Positions 9,904 to 17,309 of a DNA stretch of 20,000 bases are shown here, piece by piece. Location of the stretch: positions 51,659 to 71,658 of IMG/VR virus record IMGVR_UViG_3300030333_003802; one strand, given 5' to 3'. A program made the translations under genes and the position numbers. The notes under the pieces are model-generated. The model was not told where the DNA came from. It searched no databases and saw only the letters and a program-made list of their open reading frames with translations. Origin of the DNA: an uncultured virus (IMG/VR IMGVR_UViG_3300030333_003802). Its lineage: Duplodnaviria; Heunggongvirae; Uroviricota; Caudoviricetes. How positions within the stretch are numbered: position 1 is the first letter of the stretch; every line of letters begins with the position of its first letter.

Positions 9904-10296
9904 TTAATCTCTTATCTCAAAATGAGGTAAGTCATCAAAGTTGTTGTCTTTTAATTCTGTATCTCTATCCCAATCTCCACCCCAACGAACAGTAAGTCCC
10001 ATTGAAGCTGCAATCCCCATAACAAATCCAGCAAAATATGTAAATCGTTCTCTATCTTTCCAATCTATTGGATAAGGAGCAACGTCTACAGCTAATGAAG
10101 GATATTGGTTATGTTTACCTTTAGGATATTGTAATTTACTAAACCCTTCTTCAAATAATTTGTTTTGTTCTTCTTCGCCACGATGACCTTGCAAAACAGT
10201 ACAATCAAAATCTTCTACTACTCTTTCAAATAGCTCAATTAATCTTGGGTCGCAAGTATTTAATTTTTCTTGTGATTTTTTACCGAAACTTGGCAT
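9904..10296 (-). CDS. Endolysin, M15 family L-Ala-D-Glu peptidase
   Basis: Motifs GHRG..EQ, KH....LAVD, WGGDW and D.PHFE, as in Ply500/T5-type M15 peptidases. Confidence 0.92.
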   Translation of the reverse strand: MPSFGKKSQEKLNTCDPRLIELFERVVEDFDCTVLQGHRGEEEQNKLFEEGFSKLQYPKGKHNQYPSLAVDVAPYPIDWKDRERFTYFAGFVMGIAASMGLTVRWGGDWDRDTELKDNNFDDLPHFEIRD

Positions 10297-10931
10297 TAGT
10301 ATGAATCCATTCCAGACATACGTCTTAAACGCATCATTTCTTCATTTTCTTTAGCACGTTTTTGTTTTTCTTCATAATTTCTCATAGTTTCAGAAGGCAT
10401 TTTAGGGTTTATTATTTCTTGATTCGTAGCTTGTCTCATTGATGGTTCTTTTTTTTTCTTACTAAAGTGTTTTCCTAATTGTTTTCTTATTACTTCTTGT
10501 CTATGTTGTAAAAAACGTTCTTCGTCAGCTTGCATTATTTTTTTTGCTTCTTCTTCAATCCATTTATCTTGTATAATATTTTCTATAGAATCACGTTTTG
10601 CTTTTAAAAATTGTTGCGATTCTAATGCTTTTTCAGGATTAAAGTTATCTAAAGTTGCTTGTCTAGTTGCTGGTCCAAATACGCTATCTACTGATGTTTT
10701 ATAAAAACCTCGTTCTTTTAAAATTTGTTGCCATTCACCAATTTGTGATTTTGTTAAATAAGTAGATGGTTCTAAATTTTGTCTAACTTGTCCTAATATA
10801 AAATCTTCCAAACCAAAATCTCTAATCCAAGATTGAGCTTCTTTAAATTTAGGACTTTTATTTTGTTCTACCATTTGTCTTTGTGCAAACGCTTTGTTAG
10901 ACTCTCCTGGATATTGTGTATATTTTGGCAT
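10296..10931 (-). CDS. Protein with a central peptidoglycan-binding-like (PG_binding_1) segment
   Basis: WQQILKERGFY...VDSVFGPATRQA resembles the PGBD consensus (LQ..L...GY....DG.FG..T..A). Adjacent to the endolysin. Confidence 0.6.
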   Translation of the reverse strand: MPKYTQYPGESNKAFAQRQMVEQNKSPKFKEAQSWIRDFGLEDFILGQVRQNLEPSTYLTKSQIGEWQQILKERGFYKTSVDSVFGPATRQATLDNFNPEKALESQQFLKAKRDSIENIIQDKWIEEEAKKIMQADEERFLQHRQEVIRKQLGKHFSKKKKEPSMRQATNQEIINPKMPSETMRNYEEKQKRAKENEEMMRLRRMSGMDSY

Positions 10932-10941
10932 AACTTATTCC

Positions 10942-11157
10942 TTATTTTTTATAAACTTTTTCTGCTCCTGCAATTCCAAACGAACCTAATGTTACCCAAA
11001 CAAATGAATTATAAATATTATCGTTAATTATAATTTCTTGTCCTAATAAACCTGTTACTAAATCTACAACTCCAAATACGCACATAAGTGCAAAAGAAAT
11101 AAATCCAATAATAGATTTTTCATTATATTCGTTTTTATCTTTAAATATTGCCCACAT
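10942..11157 (-). CDS. Holin-like small membrane protein
   Basis: 71 aa with two hydrophobic segments and a basic C-terminus, two genes upstream of the endolysin. Confidence 0.6.
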   Translation of the reverse strand: MWAIFKDKNEYNEKSIIGFISFALMCVFGVVDLVTGLLGQEIIINDNIYNSFVWVTLGSFGIAGAEKVYKK

Positions 11158-11169
11158 CTTTCTTCTCCT

Positions 11170-12741
11170 TTAGGCTACTAGCCAACTTTTTGCTTTTCTT
11201 TTAGGTTTATACCATTTTGGCTTCTTTTTATCACCGTTTTGCTTATAATTAGGCGGAAAAGCGTGTAAATTTGCATAATATAAGCTCTCAATTGTGTCAT
11301 CATGAGCCATTCTTGGTCCAAATGTAATGATTTCATTAATTAAATCAAACATATTTTCTCTAAAATATAAGGAACCTACACTAAAAATGCCAGATAAACC
11401 TGAATAAATTCTATTTCTTTTCTGTTGTCCTCCTGGTTTTTCAGGAATTACGCTAATATCATAACGATTAATTCTTCTTCTTTCGTCATTCAAAGCTTGA
11501 AAAATACTTCTATTCATAGCAACATCTTCTACTGTTGCACTATTGCAATGGTATTTATTATACAATTCAATAATATAATCTACCACTCCTTTTTTGTCAA
11601 AAACTTTTCCATCCGCATCTTTTGCTCCCAAAGTAGGAATACTTCTATGTCTTTCATATTCTAGTACATAACGATTATTGTTTGCATCAACTGCTATAAC
11701 CATTATAACGCTAAAGTCAGATTCTTTTGTATCTATGTCTGTAGCTGGGTCGCAACCAATAAATGTAGTAACAGGAACACTTTCACCATCTTTAACAATA
11801 TATCCCATATTATCATCTTTGTTCCATTCGTAATAACCTTCCCAATATTTAATATGTTTTTGTGTCCAAATAGAATCTTCTTCAGATTGTACTTGCATCA
11901 TATATTCTTGGTAAAACTTAGAAGGTGTTCCACTATCTTGATAGAATTTTTTCTTTTCTTCTAATTTTTCTAATGGAAACCAACCAGGCCACAAAGAAGT
12001 TCCATCGGGCAATATAGCTTTATAAGTAATTACTCTCCACGCAAAATCTTTTTGGTTTTCTCCTTGACGCTCGTAATTAACGATAAGATTATTGATGAAG
12101 CTATCAAAATGCACAGGAGTACCATTGACCCTAAGACGACCAGTATGAGGCTCAATAGCAGGATAAACAACAGCAGTAACGAGATTACTGTTTTTAGCCC
12201 TTGCTTCAGCCGTGATAGTATTCGCTTCGTGTTCAAAGTCGTCAAGTATGATGAGGTCGTATCTTTTATGCAATTTAGCACCTCCTCTAATACCCGCAAC
12301 ATTTGATTTACTAATGAGTTTACATCCATTTTTCAACTCCACATCTTCTTCTGTCCATTTTTTCCCTTTCAAACTACCAAAGTAGTATTTTATTTTATCG
12401 TTATACTCAAAATGGTATTTAATATAATCCATATTACCAGTACTAAGTTTTTGCGTAGCAGATACCCATGCATAAAATAACATATCGTCTTGAGGGCAAA
12501 AACAAAAGTCTTTAATAATTGAGCATTTAGTAAGCACAGTTTTTCCATGACCACGAGGCAAAATAACTGCTAATTGTTTTACTTCTGGGTTATCAATAGC
12601 ATCAGCCATCTCGTAATGAAATGGAGGTGTTTCGCTTCGCATAAAATCATCAGGAAGAAATAACTTCCCGAATGCAATCATATCTTTACTTGCTAGTCTT
12701 AGCGCTTCTTCCGCTTTGCTTATGTTCTGGATTTTGTTCAT
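11170..12741 (-). CDS. terL: Terminase large subunit
   Basis: Walker A PRGHGKT, Walker B LIILDDFE, GTP coupling motif, and RNase H-like nuclease motifs IGCDPA, DFS and HDD. Confidence 0.95.
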   Translation of the reverse strand: MNKIQNISKAEEALRLASKDMIAFGKLFLPDDFMRSETPPFHYEMADAIDNPEVKQLAVILPRGHGKTVLTKCSIIKDFCFCPQDDMLFYAWVSATQKLSTGNMDYIKYHFEYNDKIKYYFGSLKGKKWTEEDVELKNGCKLISKSNVAGIRGGAKLHKRYDLIILDDFEHEANTITAEARAKNSNLVTAVVYPAIEPHTGRLRVNGTPVHFDSFINNLIVNYERQGENQKDFAWRVITYKAILPDGTSLWPGWFPLEKLEEKKKFYQDSGTPSKFYQEYMMQVQSEEDSIWTQKHIKYWEGYYEWNKDDNMGYIVKDGESVPVTTFIGCDPATDIDTKESDFSVIMVIAVDANNNRYVLEYERHRSIPTLGAKDADGKVFDKKGVVDYIIELYNKYHCNSATVEDVAMNRSIFQALNDERRRINRYDISVIPEKPGGQQKRNRIYSGLSGIFSVGSLYFRENMFDLINEIITFGPRMAHDDTIESLYYANLHAFPPNYKQNGDKKKPKWYKPKRKAKSWLVA

Positions 12742-12943
12742 TTTCTAACTTTTGCTCTTTTTTTACTATTTTTTCCATGTATTTTTTTAACTTATCTTCA
12801 TCTTTATTCATATGAATATAGTTATTAACTACATTATCAATTAGCGCTACATGTCTATGTAACATACCTAACTGCATAGTTAGTTCTTTAATTCCTCTAA
12901 CTAAATCATGCTTAGTGAGAGTTTTTTTATTCATTTTAGCCAC
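12686..12943 (-). CDS. Hypothetical protein
   Basis: 85-aa ORF (start may be the ATG at 12934), overlapping the annotated terL start. Confidence 0.6.
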   Translation of the reverse strand: MAKMNKKTLTKHDLVRGIKELTMQLGMLHRHVALIDNVVNNYIHMNKDEDKLKKYMEKIVKKEQKLENEQNPEHKQSGRSAKTSK

Positions 12944-13076
12944 CTTGTCCTACCTTTCTTTTTTTATAGTTTGGACTTTCTTTAGTATAGTATTTTGTAT
13001 TATTACTCATACCTTGTCTAGTCTTTTTCTTTCTTTTAACCCTTTTTTCAAAGGTTCCAAATACTCTTCTTCTCAT
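12936..13076 (-). CDS. Small highly basic protein (46 aa)
   Basis: Manual translation MRRRVFGTFEKRVKRKKKTRQGMSNNTKYYTKESPNYKKRKVGQGG. The ATG directly abuts the upstream TAA. Not in the ORF track. Confidence 0.65.
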   Translation of the reverse strand: MRRRVFGTFEKRVKRKKKTRQGMSNNTKYYTKESPNYKKRKVGQGG

Positions 13077-13145
13077 TTATTTTTTCTTACCTTTTTTCTT
13101 TTTTGGTCTACCTGGTTTTCTATATGTTCCTGGTCCTTTTGGCAT
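13077..13145 (-). CDS. Tiny basic peptide (22 aa)
   Basis: Manual translation MPKGPGTYRKPGRPKKKKGKKK, preceded by a GGGAGA RBS. Fills the intergenic gap exactly. Confidence 0.6.
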   Translation of the reverse strand: MPKGPGTYRKPGRPKKKKGKKK

Positions 13146-13146
13146 T

Positions 13147-14031
13147 TTAATTCTCCCAACAGTTTATTCTATCTTTAGTAAATTCCATAGTAATCCAACC
13201 CGTACGTTGAATCCCATAGAAGCTATAACGAGCATAGTCTGCGTATCTGAGGAACGACCCGCCTCTTACATACCATTTTCGTTTTAGACTTTCTTCTCCG
13301 TCTTCTATTGTTAATGAATCAATTGGCTTACAATACAACTGATGATTATGTCCTAAAAAGTATACATCGCCATCAGAATAAACCGAAGCCATTTTATCCA
13401 ATTCTGTGTCTCCATTTTTAGCTCCACTCTTTCCGTGTCCACTAACAAGAAACCAATCTTTGTCGCCAATAGTTATTTGTGCGTATCCAGGCAATCTGAA
13501 ATATGGAACATCCATTTCACTTGCTAACGTTTTACATACATCAAAATCTAGTATATTAAAACTTCTTAGATAGTCGTGATTCCCTCCTCTTATAAATAGG
13601 CACTTATCCTGTATGGGTTGTACCAGTTTTAAGAAGCTTAGATATTGCTCTTCTGGTGGAATACTTTGCCCTCTTTGATTTATTTTATAATTAGGGGGAA
13701 TCAGTTCTATCATATCTCCATTACCAAACCATCGTGCATTTGGGTCTTCGTATATAATTTTAATTGCCTCTTGAAATTTTTTCAAATCAAATTCGTGTGC
13801 TCCTACGTGTATATCCGTCAATCCATGTACTCGTAGTTTTTCGTCTGATTGTATTTTAAATAATTTTCCTGGTTCTATGTGCTTCTTGTCATATTCTTTA
13901 ACATCAGAAGGTATTGGTATAGAAAACCATTTCCCGCAAGATTTACAGCTAAATTGTTGTTTAACAGTATCTTTGTTGCGTTTTTTACCTTCTTTTTTTG
14001 TCAACATACTACTACAATGTGGACATATCAT
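13147..14031 (-). CDS. Calcineurin-like metallophosphoesterase with N-terminal Zn ribbon
   Basis: Motifs DIHVG, GDMIE, GNHD, HG and GHNH, plus N-terminal CPHC...CKSC. Confidence 0.88.
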   Translation of the reverse strand: MICPHCSSMLTKKEGKKRNKDTVKQQFSCKSCGKWFSIPIPSDVKEYDKKHIEPGKLFKIQSDEKLRVHGLTDIHVGAHEFDLKKFQEAIKIIYEDPNARWFGNGDMIELIPPNYKINQRGQSIPPEEQYLSFLKLVQPIQDKCLFIRGGNHDYLRSFNILDFDVCKTLASEMDVPYFRLPGYAQITIGDKDWFLVSGHGKSGAKNGDTELDKMASVYSDGDVYFLGHNHQLYCKPIDSLTIEDGEESLKRKWYVRGGSFLRYADYARYSFYGIQRTGWITMEFTKDRINCWEN

Positions 14032-14810
14032 TTTCTTTCCTCCTCGGAAGTTGTTTCTGGAAGTATTGCTCTAGAAGCTCCTTCTATCTCTTCAGGACTA
14101 AATCCTTGGAACATTCCAACTACTCCAGTTTCTATTTTCTTAACTTGATTACCTAGCGTACCGATTGCTTTTCCTAGTTCTTTTAAAGATTGCAATGCAA
14201 TATTCTGGTCTTCACTTGTATCAGCTAGTTGCTTTAGGGAACCTAATATATATGCATGGTCAATCCCTAGCTCTTTTGCTATTTCTTTTGAAGTTTTTTC
14301 TATTTCACTCATTACTCGCTCCTGTTTAAGTAATACTACAGCTTTTTTTCTAGCCGTGTTACGATTTTTTTCAGTAAATGCTTTCATATAAGCACTCACA
14401 GCATCTTTTCCCACTGCGACGCTAGTCGCAAAAATTTTTTCTCTGTTTGTACATTTGGACCTCTCCTTCACCCTACTAGATGTATTCTTGATTTTGGTGC
14501 TAAATGTGTAGCGATTTGGGTGTTTCTGAAAGTCGGTGTCCATGTAAGTTTTCTTAGAATTGATAAATGTGCCAACTATGGTTCTTACATATCCTTTAGA
14601 TTGTTTATAGTTTTTAGAATCTTTTGGATGCGATAGATTACTGGAAACCTTTAAAAGCTGAACAATACGACCATCATCACTCTTAACCCAATCCCCTTGT
14701 TTAGCATCTCTCCATTCGGAGTGAAGTATCCCTTTGGGATGGTCCTTTAAAAACTCCTCTTTTGTATCGTATACGTAATGACGTACTTGTTTAATTTTTC
14801 TACTTTCCAC
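14028..14810 (-). CDS. Probable terminase small subunit with N-terminal extension
   Basis: The C-terminal half (REKIFA...SAYMKAF...A..LLK..RV...ILGSLKQLA...ALQSLKELGK.IG) has a TerS-like HTH and oligomerisation pattern. Lies upstream of terL. Confidence 0.55.
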   Translation of the reverse strand: MESRKIKQVRHYVYDTKEEFLKDHPKGILHSEWRDAKQGDWVKSDDGRIVQLLKVSSNLSHPKDSKNYKQSKGYVRTIVGTFINSKKTYMDTDFQKHPNRYTFSTKIKNTSSRVKERSKCTNREKIFATSVAVGKDAVSAYMKAFTEKNRNTARKKAVVLLKQERVMSEIEKTSKEIAKELGIDHAYILGSLKQLADTSEDQNIALQSLKELGKAIGTLGNQVKKIETGVVGMFQGFSPEEIEGASRAILPETTSEEERK

Positions 14811-15096
14811 GCTTCGCTAATTGTTTGTGTAAAGATTCAATCAAATACATCACATCTTTGTGAATCCAATACTTCTTTCCATTGATTTCTATGGGTACAC
14901 TACTAACTCCTTCGTCAGCATCGCCATCATTTTCTACATATTCCATTGCCATATCTTCATCTTCTAAGATTTCTTTAGACAATATCCTTTCTAATTTAAC
15001 CAAGCGTTCAATATGTCCCAAGATTCGTTCCTGGTCCTCTTGTGATAACCTAGCTAACCAATTAATTGATGTACCCATACATTTTTTCCTTGACAT
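14800..15096 (-). CDS. Hypothetical protein
   Basis: 98-aa ORF overlapping the next gene. Start uncertain. Confidence 0.6.
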   Translation of the reverse strand: MSRKKCMGTSINWLARLSQEDQERILGHIERLVKLERILSKEILEDEDMAMEYVENDGDADEGVSSVPIEINGKKYWIHKDVMYLIESLHKQLAKRGK

Positions 15097-15164
15097 AACA
15101 CATAAAACACTTTATCTTCAAGTAGTCTACGTAGCTACCGCAGATACTAGTAGATAATAGTAGA

Positions 15165-15368
15165 TTATGTAGATTTCTTTTTCTTTGGTTCTTTCTTTTT
15201 CTTTAATTGTTTACTTTGTTCTTCTTTTACTTTCAAGATAGCAGCAGCTAACAATTTTTCATTCATCTGTTGTTTTTTAATCAGTTCTTCCTGTTCCTTT
15301 CTAGCTACTCCAGTTAAACCTTCTAATCCGCTTAAATCTTTACTAGTTATATATCCGTCATCTGACAT
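15165..15368 (-). CDS. Hypothetical protein, first gene of the leftward arm
   Basis: 67 aa, AAGGAG RBS, K-rich tail. Confidence 0.65.
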   Translation of the reverse strand: MSDDGYITSKDLSGLEGLTGVARKEQEELIKKQQMNEKLLAAAILKVKEEQSKQLKKKKEPKKKKST

Positions 15369-15389
15369 AAAAACTCCTTTGTTTCTACA

Positions 15390-15418
15390 AATCTACGCAT
15401 ACCCCATGTTATTTCCAA
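15390..15418 (-). promoter_or_regulatory. Candidate leftward sigma70-type promoter
   Basis: TTGGAA-17 bp-TAGATT on the minus strand, upstream of the ATG at 15368. Confidence 0.35.
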
Positions 15419-15533
15419 GAAAAAAATGCAGTATTTTGATATGCACCTACATACACACGGGGCCCCCCCTTTCTGGAGTTATTGACATATAAGTTTTCCG
15501 TTGGAGAAAATTTATAAACCATGGAGGGTCGTT

Positions 15534-15863
15534 ATGTTTGATGATTTGTATAAACATCTTGGCTTCGCAATGGTGGCAGGTGTGCAAGACAACATAAATG
15601 CTAGAAATAATGGTATTCGTGTGTCTCAGCAGCCGTGGCAAATTCAACAAGCGTATCAAAACGCTGCTGGTTGTCTAATTCAAATGCAATTAGATGCTCA
15701 AGGCAAAGGTTCTTATCAAAGAACTCAATTGCCAGCCTTACCAGGCTTACCAGCTCAACCTCAGGTGGGAACACCGGTTGACGTTGAAACTCGTTTCCAA
15801 GCTTTAGAAACGGGTGTAGCCGACATCAAAGCGGACCTACAGCAGTTACTGGCGAAGTCTTAA
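15534..15863 (+). CDS. Hypothetical protein, first gene of the rightward arm
   Basis: ATG at 15534 after GGAGG. Q/P-rich with a C-terminal coiled coil. GC is visibly higher than in the flanks. Confidence 0.75.
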   Translation: MFDDLYKHLGFAMVAGVQDNINARNNGIRVSQQPWQIQQAYQNAAGCLIQMQLDAQGKGSYQRTQLPALPGLPAQPQVGTPVDVETRFQALETGVADIKADLQQLLAKS

Positions 15864-15928
15864 AACTTCGAAGGGTAGTAGAGTGTTCATAGGTTGAGAC
15901 GCCGAAGCTCTCGAGCACTCTACTCACC
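15853..15928 (+). terminator. Tandem hairpins after the 15534 gene (terminator or 3' stabiliser)
   Basis: CGAAGT/ACTTCG (15853-15870) and AGTAGAGTGTTC/GAGCACTCTACT (15877-15888/15913-15924), followed by T-rich sequence. Confidence 0.55.
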
Positions 15929-15962
15929 AGGACTTTTCTAATTTATTATTATTAACAGTATC

Positions 15963-16120
15963 TTATACACAGCAGATACGGTAATAATGTTGATAATATG
16001 TGTATATATTGTGGATATGTGGATAATATGTGGATACATAATACCATAGTTATATATAGCCTATGTGTATAACATGGGGATAAACTAGAAAGGAGACAAA
16101 AATGCGTATAATGTGTAAAA
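15963..16120. repeat. Cluster of ~10 DnaA boxes (candidate origin or DnaA-binding locus)
   Basis: Perfect TTWTNCACA matches at 15963 (+) and 16018, 16064, 16112 (-). One-mismatch copies at 15988, 15999, 16010, 16029, 16075 and 16103 (-). Confidence 0.75.
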
Positions 16121-16224
16121 CATGTCATACTATTACAACAATATGTTGTAGCAGATGTGCACAAAGAGAGCTTTACAATACTATAAGTGCATTACTAAAA
16201 GAATTTATAGAACATAGTAAGTAA
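16102..16224 (+). CDS. 40-aa Cys-rich (CxxC...CxxC) mini-protein
   Basis: Manual translation MRIMCKTCHTITTICCSRCAQRELYNTISALLKEFIEHSK, with AAAGGAG RBS at 16089-16095. Confidence 0.55.
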   Translation: MRIMCKTCHTITTICCSRCAQRELYNTISALLKEFIEHSK

Positions 16225-16247
16225 CAGCTCAAATACATGGTGTAATA

Positions 16248-16363
16248 GATATTGAGATAGTATAGAATTATGAAGACAAGGGTAGAAATTATTAACATCT
16301 ACACATAATACTTATAGGTAAAAGATTCACCAAATCCTATAACTATCTCTCTATCTTAATATC
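16248..16363 (+). ncRNA. Candidate small structured RNA / cis element
   Basis: A 13-bp closing stem GATATTGAGATAG/CTATCTTAATATC encloses inner stems GTAGA/TCTAC and TTATAGG/CCTATAA. Confidence 0.4.
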
Positions 16364-16412
16364 ATTTCCTTAATAATGTAGATAAGAAATAAAAAAGAAG
16401 GAGGTGATATAC

Positions 16413-16664
16413 ATGGGTAGACATTACTACTTAGTCTTTGTTGTTATTCCAACTACTACATCGTTGGTTACTGATAAAGACTATAAAATGAGATTATTAG
16501 GGTCAGTACGAGCTGATAATTCCATTGAAGCTTGTCATGAAGCGTCTATGTCATATGATATAGATATTGACAGGTTGAAGGTTGTGCTTTTCAAGAAGGC
16601 GCATGATGTTTGGAGTATAGAAACATATTCTGAACGTTATGTTACTCTTAAAAGACTCAACTAG
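16413..16664 (+). CDS. Hypothetical protein
   Basis: ATG at 16413 after an AAGGAGGTG RBS. Confidence 0.7.
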   Translation: MGRHYYLVFVVIPTTTSLVTDKDYKMRLLGSVRADNSIEACHEASMSYDIDIDRLKVVLFKKAHDVWSIETYSERYVTLKRLN

Positions 16665-16670
16665 ATTACT

Positions 16671-16701
16671 TAGGGGCTATTATATATTATAGTAGCCTCT
16701 A
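16671..16701 (+). terminator. Hairpin, likely terminator
   Basis: TAGGGGCTATTATA/TATAGTAGCCTCTA inverted repeat just after the stop codon. Confidence 0.5.
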
Positions 16702-16740
16702 TTATATTAAAACTATTAAAACTAAGAAAAGAGGTAGAAG

Positions 16741-16950
16741 ATGAGAGTAGATTTAAAAGATTTAAATGATTTAGTGAAAGATTTATACATACATCCTAAA
16801 TCTATAGTATCACATGTATTATTTATTACTATGTGCGTTTTATGGGTAGTTCAAATGATTAATAAAAGAGATAAAGTATCACAAGTTGCATCTACAGATG
16901 AAATTAACGAAGCAATATCTAAAGCATTTCAAGAAGGAGCTGAATTATGA
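16741..16950 (+). CDS. Small hypothetical protein with one transmembrane segment
   Basis: GAGGT RBS and hydrophobic stretch IVSHVLFITMCVLWVVQMI. Confidence 0.65.
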   Translation: MRVDLKDLNDLVKDLYIHPKSIVSHVLFITMCVLWVVQMINKRDKVSQVASTDEINEAISKAFQEGAEL

Positions 16951-17153
16951 CTATCGGAGAATTAAGTTATAATAAGCGTGATAATCTAATGCAACATTAT
17001 AGAGATTCATATCTAGAATTAAATAAAATAGAATTAACTCCTACTGATGAAGCAATATTAATAAGAAATTATTCAGTTGAAGAAATCTATGATATGATTA
17101 ATCAAATGGATATAGAATTAATGAAAGTACGCCTTAGAGGTAATAGGTGTTAA
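16947..17153 (+). CDS. Hypothetical protein
   Basis: 68 aa, AAGGAG RBS, ATGA overlap with the upstream gene. Confidence 0.65.
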   Translation: MTIGELSYNKRDNLMQHYRDSYLELNKIELTPTDEAILIRNYSVEEIYDMINQMDIELMKVRLRGNRC

Positions 17154-17161
17154 TGTTTTCA

Positions 17162-17296
17162 TTGGGCGTGATATTACCTTAGTTAGGAATATTATCAATT
17201 ATTATTCTACCTCTTCACGCTCAAATTTAGTGGGGATTTGTCTCCTTTTTAATATCATATTATATCTCATATATATCGTTATGATAAATCTCCACT
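17162..17296 (+). ncRNA. Two large-loop hairpins carrying anti-RBS sequences
   Basis: Stems 17162-17171/17215-17224 and 17229-17242/17283-17296, with G-U pairs valid on the plus strand. They contain TTCTACCTCTT and TTTGTCTCCTTT. Confidence 0.55.
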
Positions 17297-17309
17297 TTAA
17301 AAAGAATTA

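Noticed and set aside
13900..14031. IS1 InsA-like transposase fragment
   Set aside because: The Zn ribbon is fused in frame to a phosphoesterase, and there is no transposase catalytic domain or terminal inverted repeat.
3767..15157. Other short plus-strand ORFs and the nested minus-strand ORF 12030-12329
   Set aside because: They overlap confident genes in another strand or frame and have implausible composition.
15447..15659. Minus-strand ORF 15447-15659 (likewise 18474-18665)
   Set aside because: Antisense to better-supported plus-strand genes with clear RBSs.
15963..16120. CRISPR mini-array interpretation of the repeats, given a Cas4-like gene nearby
   Set aside because: The repeats are 9 bp with mostly very short gaps. 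There is no 25-40-bp repeat and spacer periodicity.
15952..16164. Minus-strand 70-aa ORF with a repeated IHILST
   Set aside because: The peptide repeat is a by-product of the DnaA-box array, and the ORF opposes local gene orientation.
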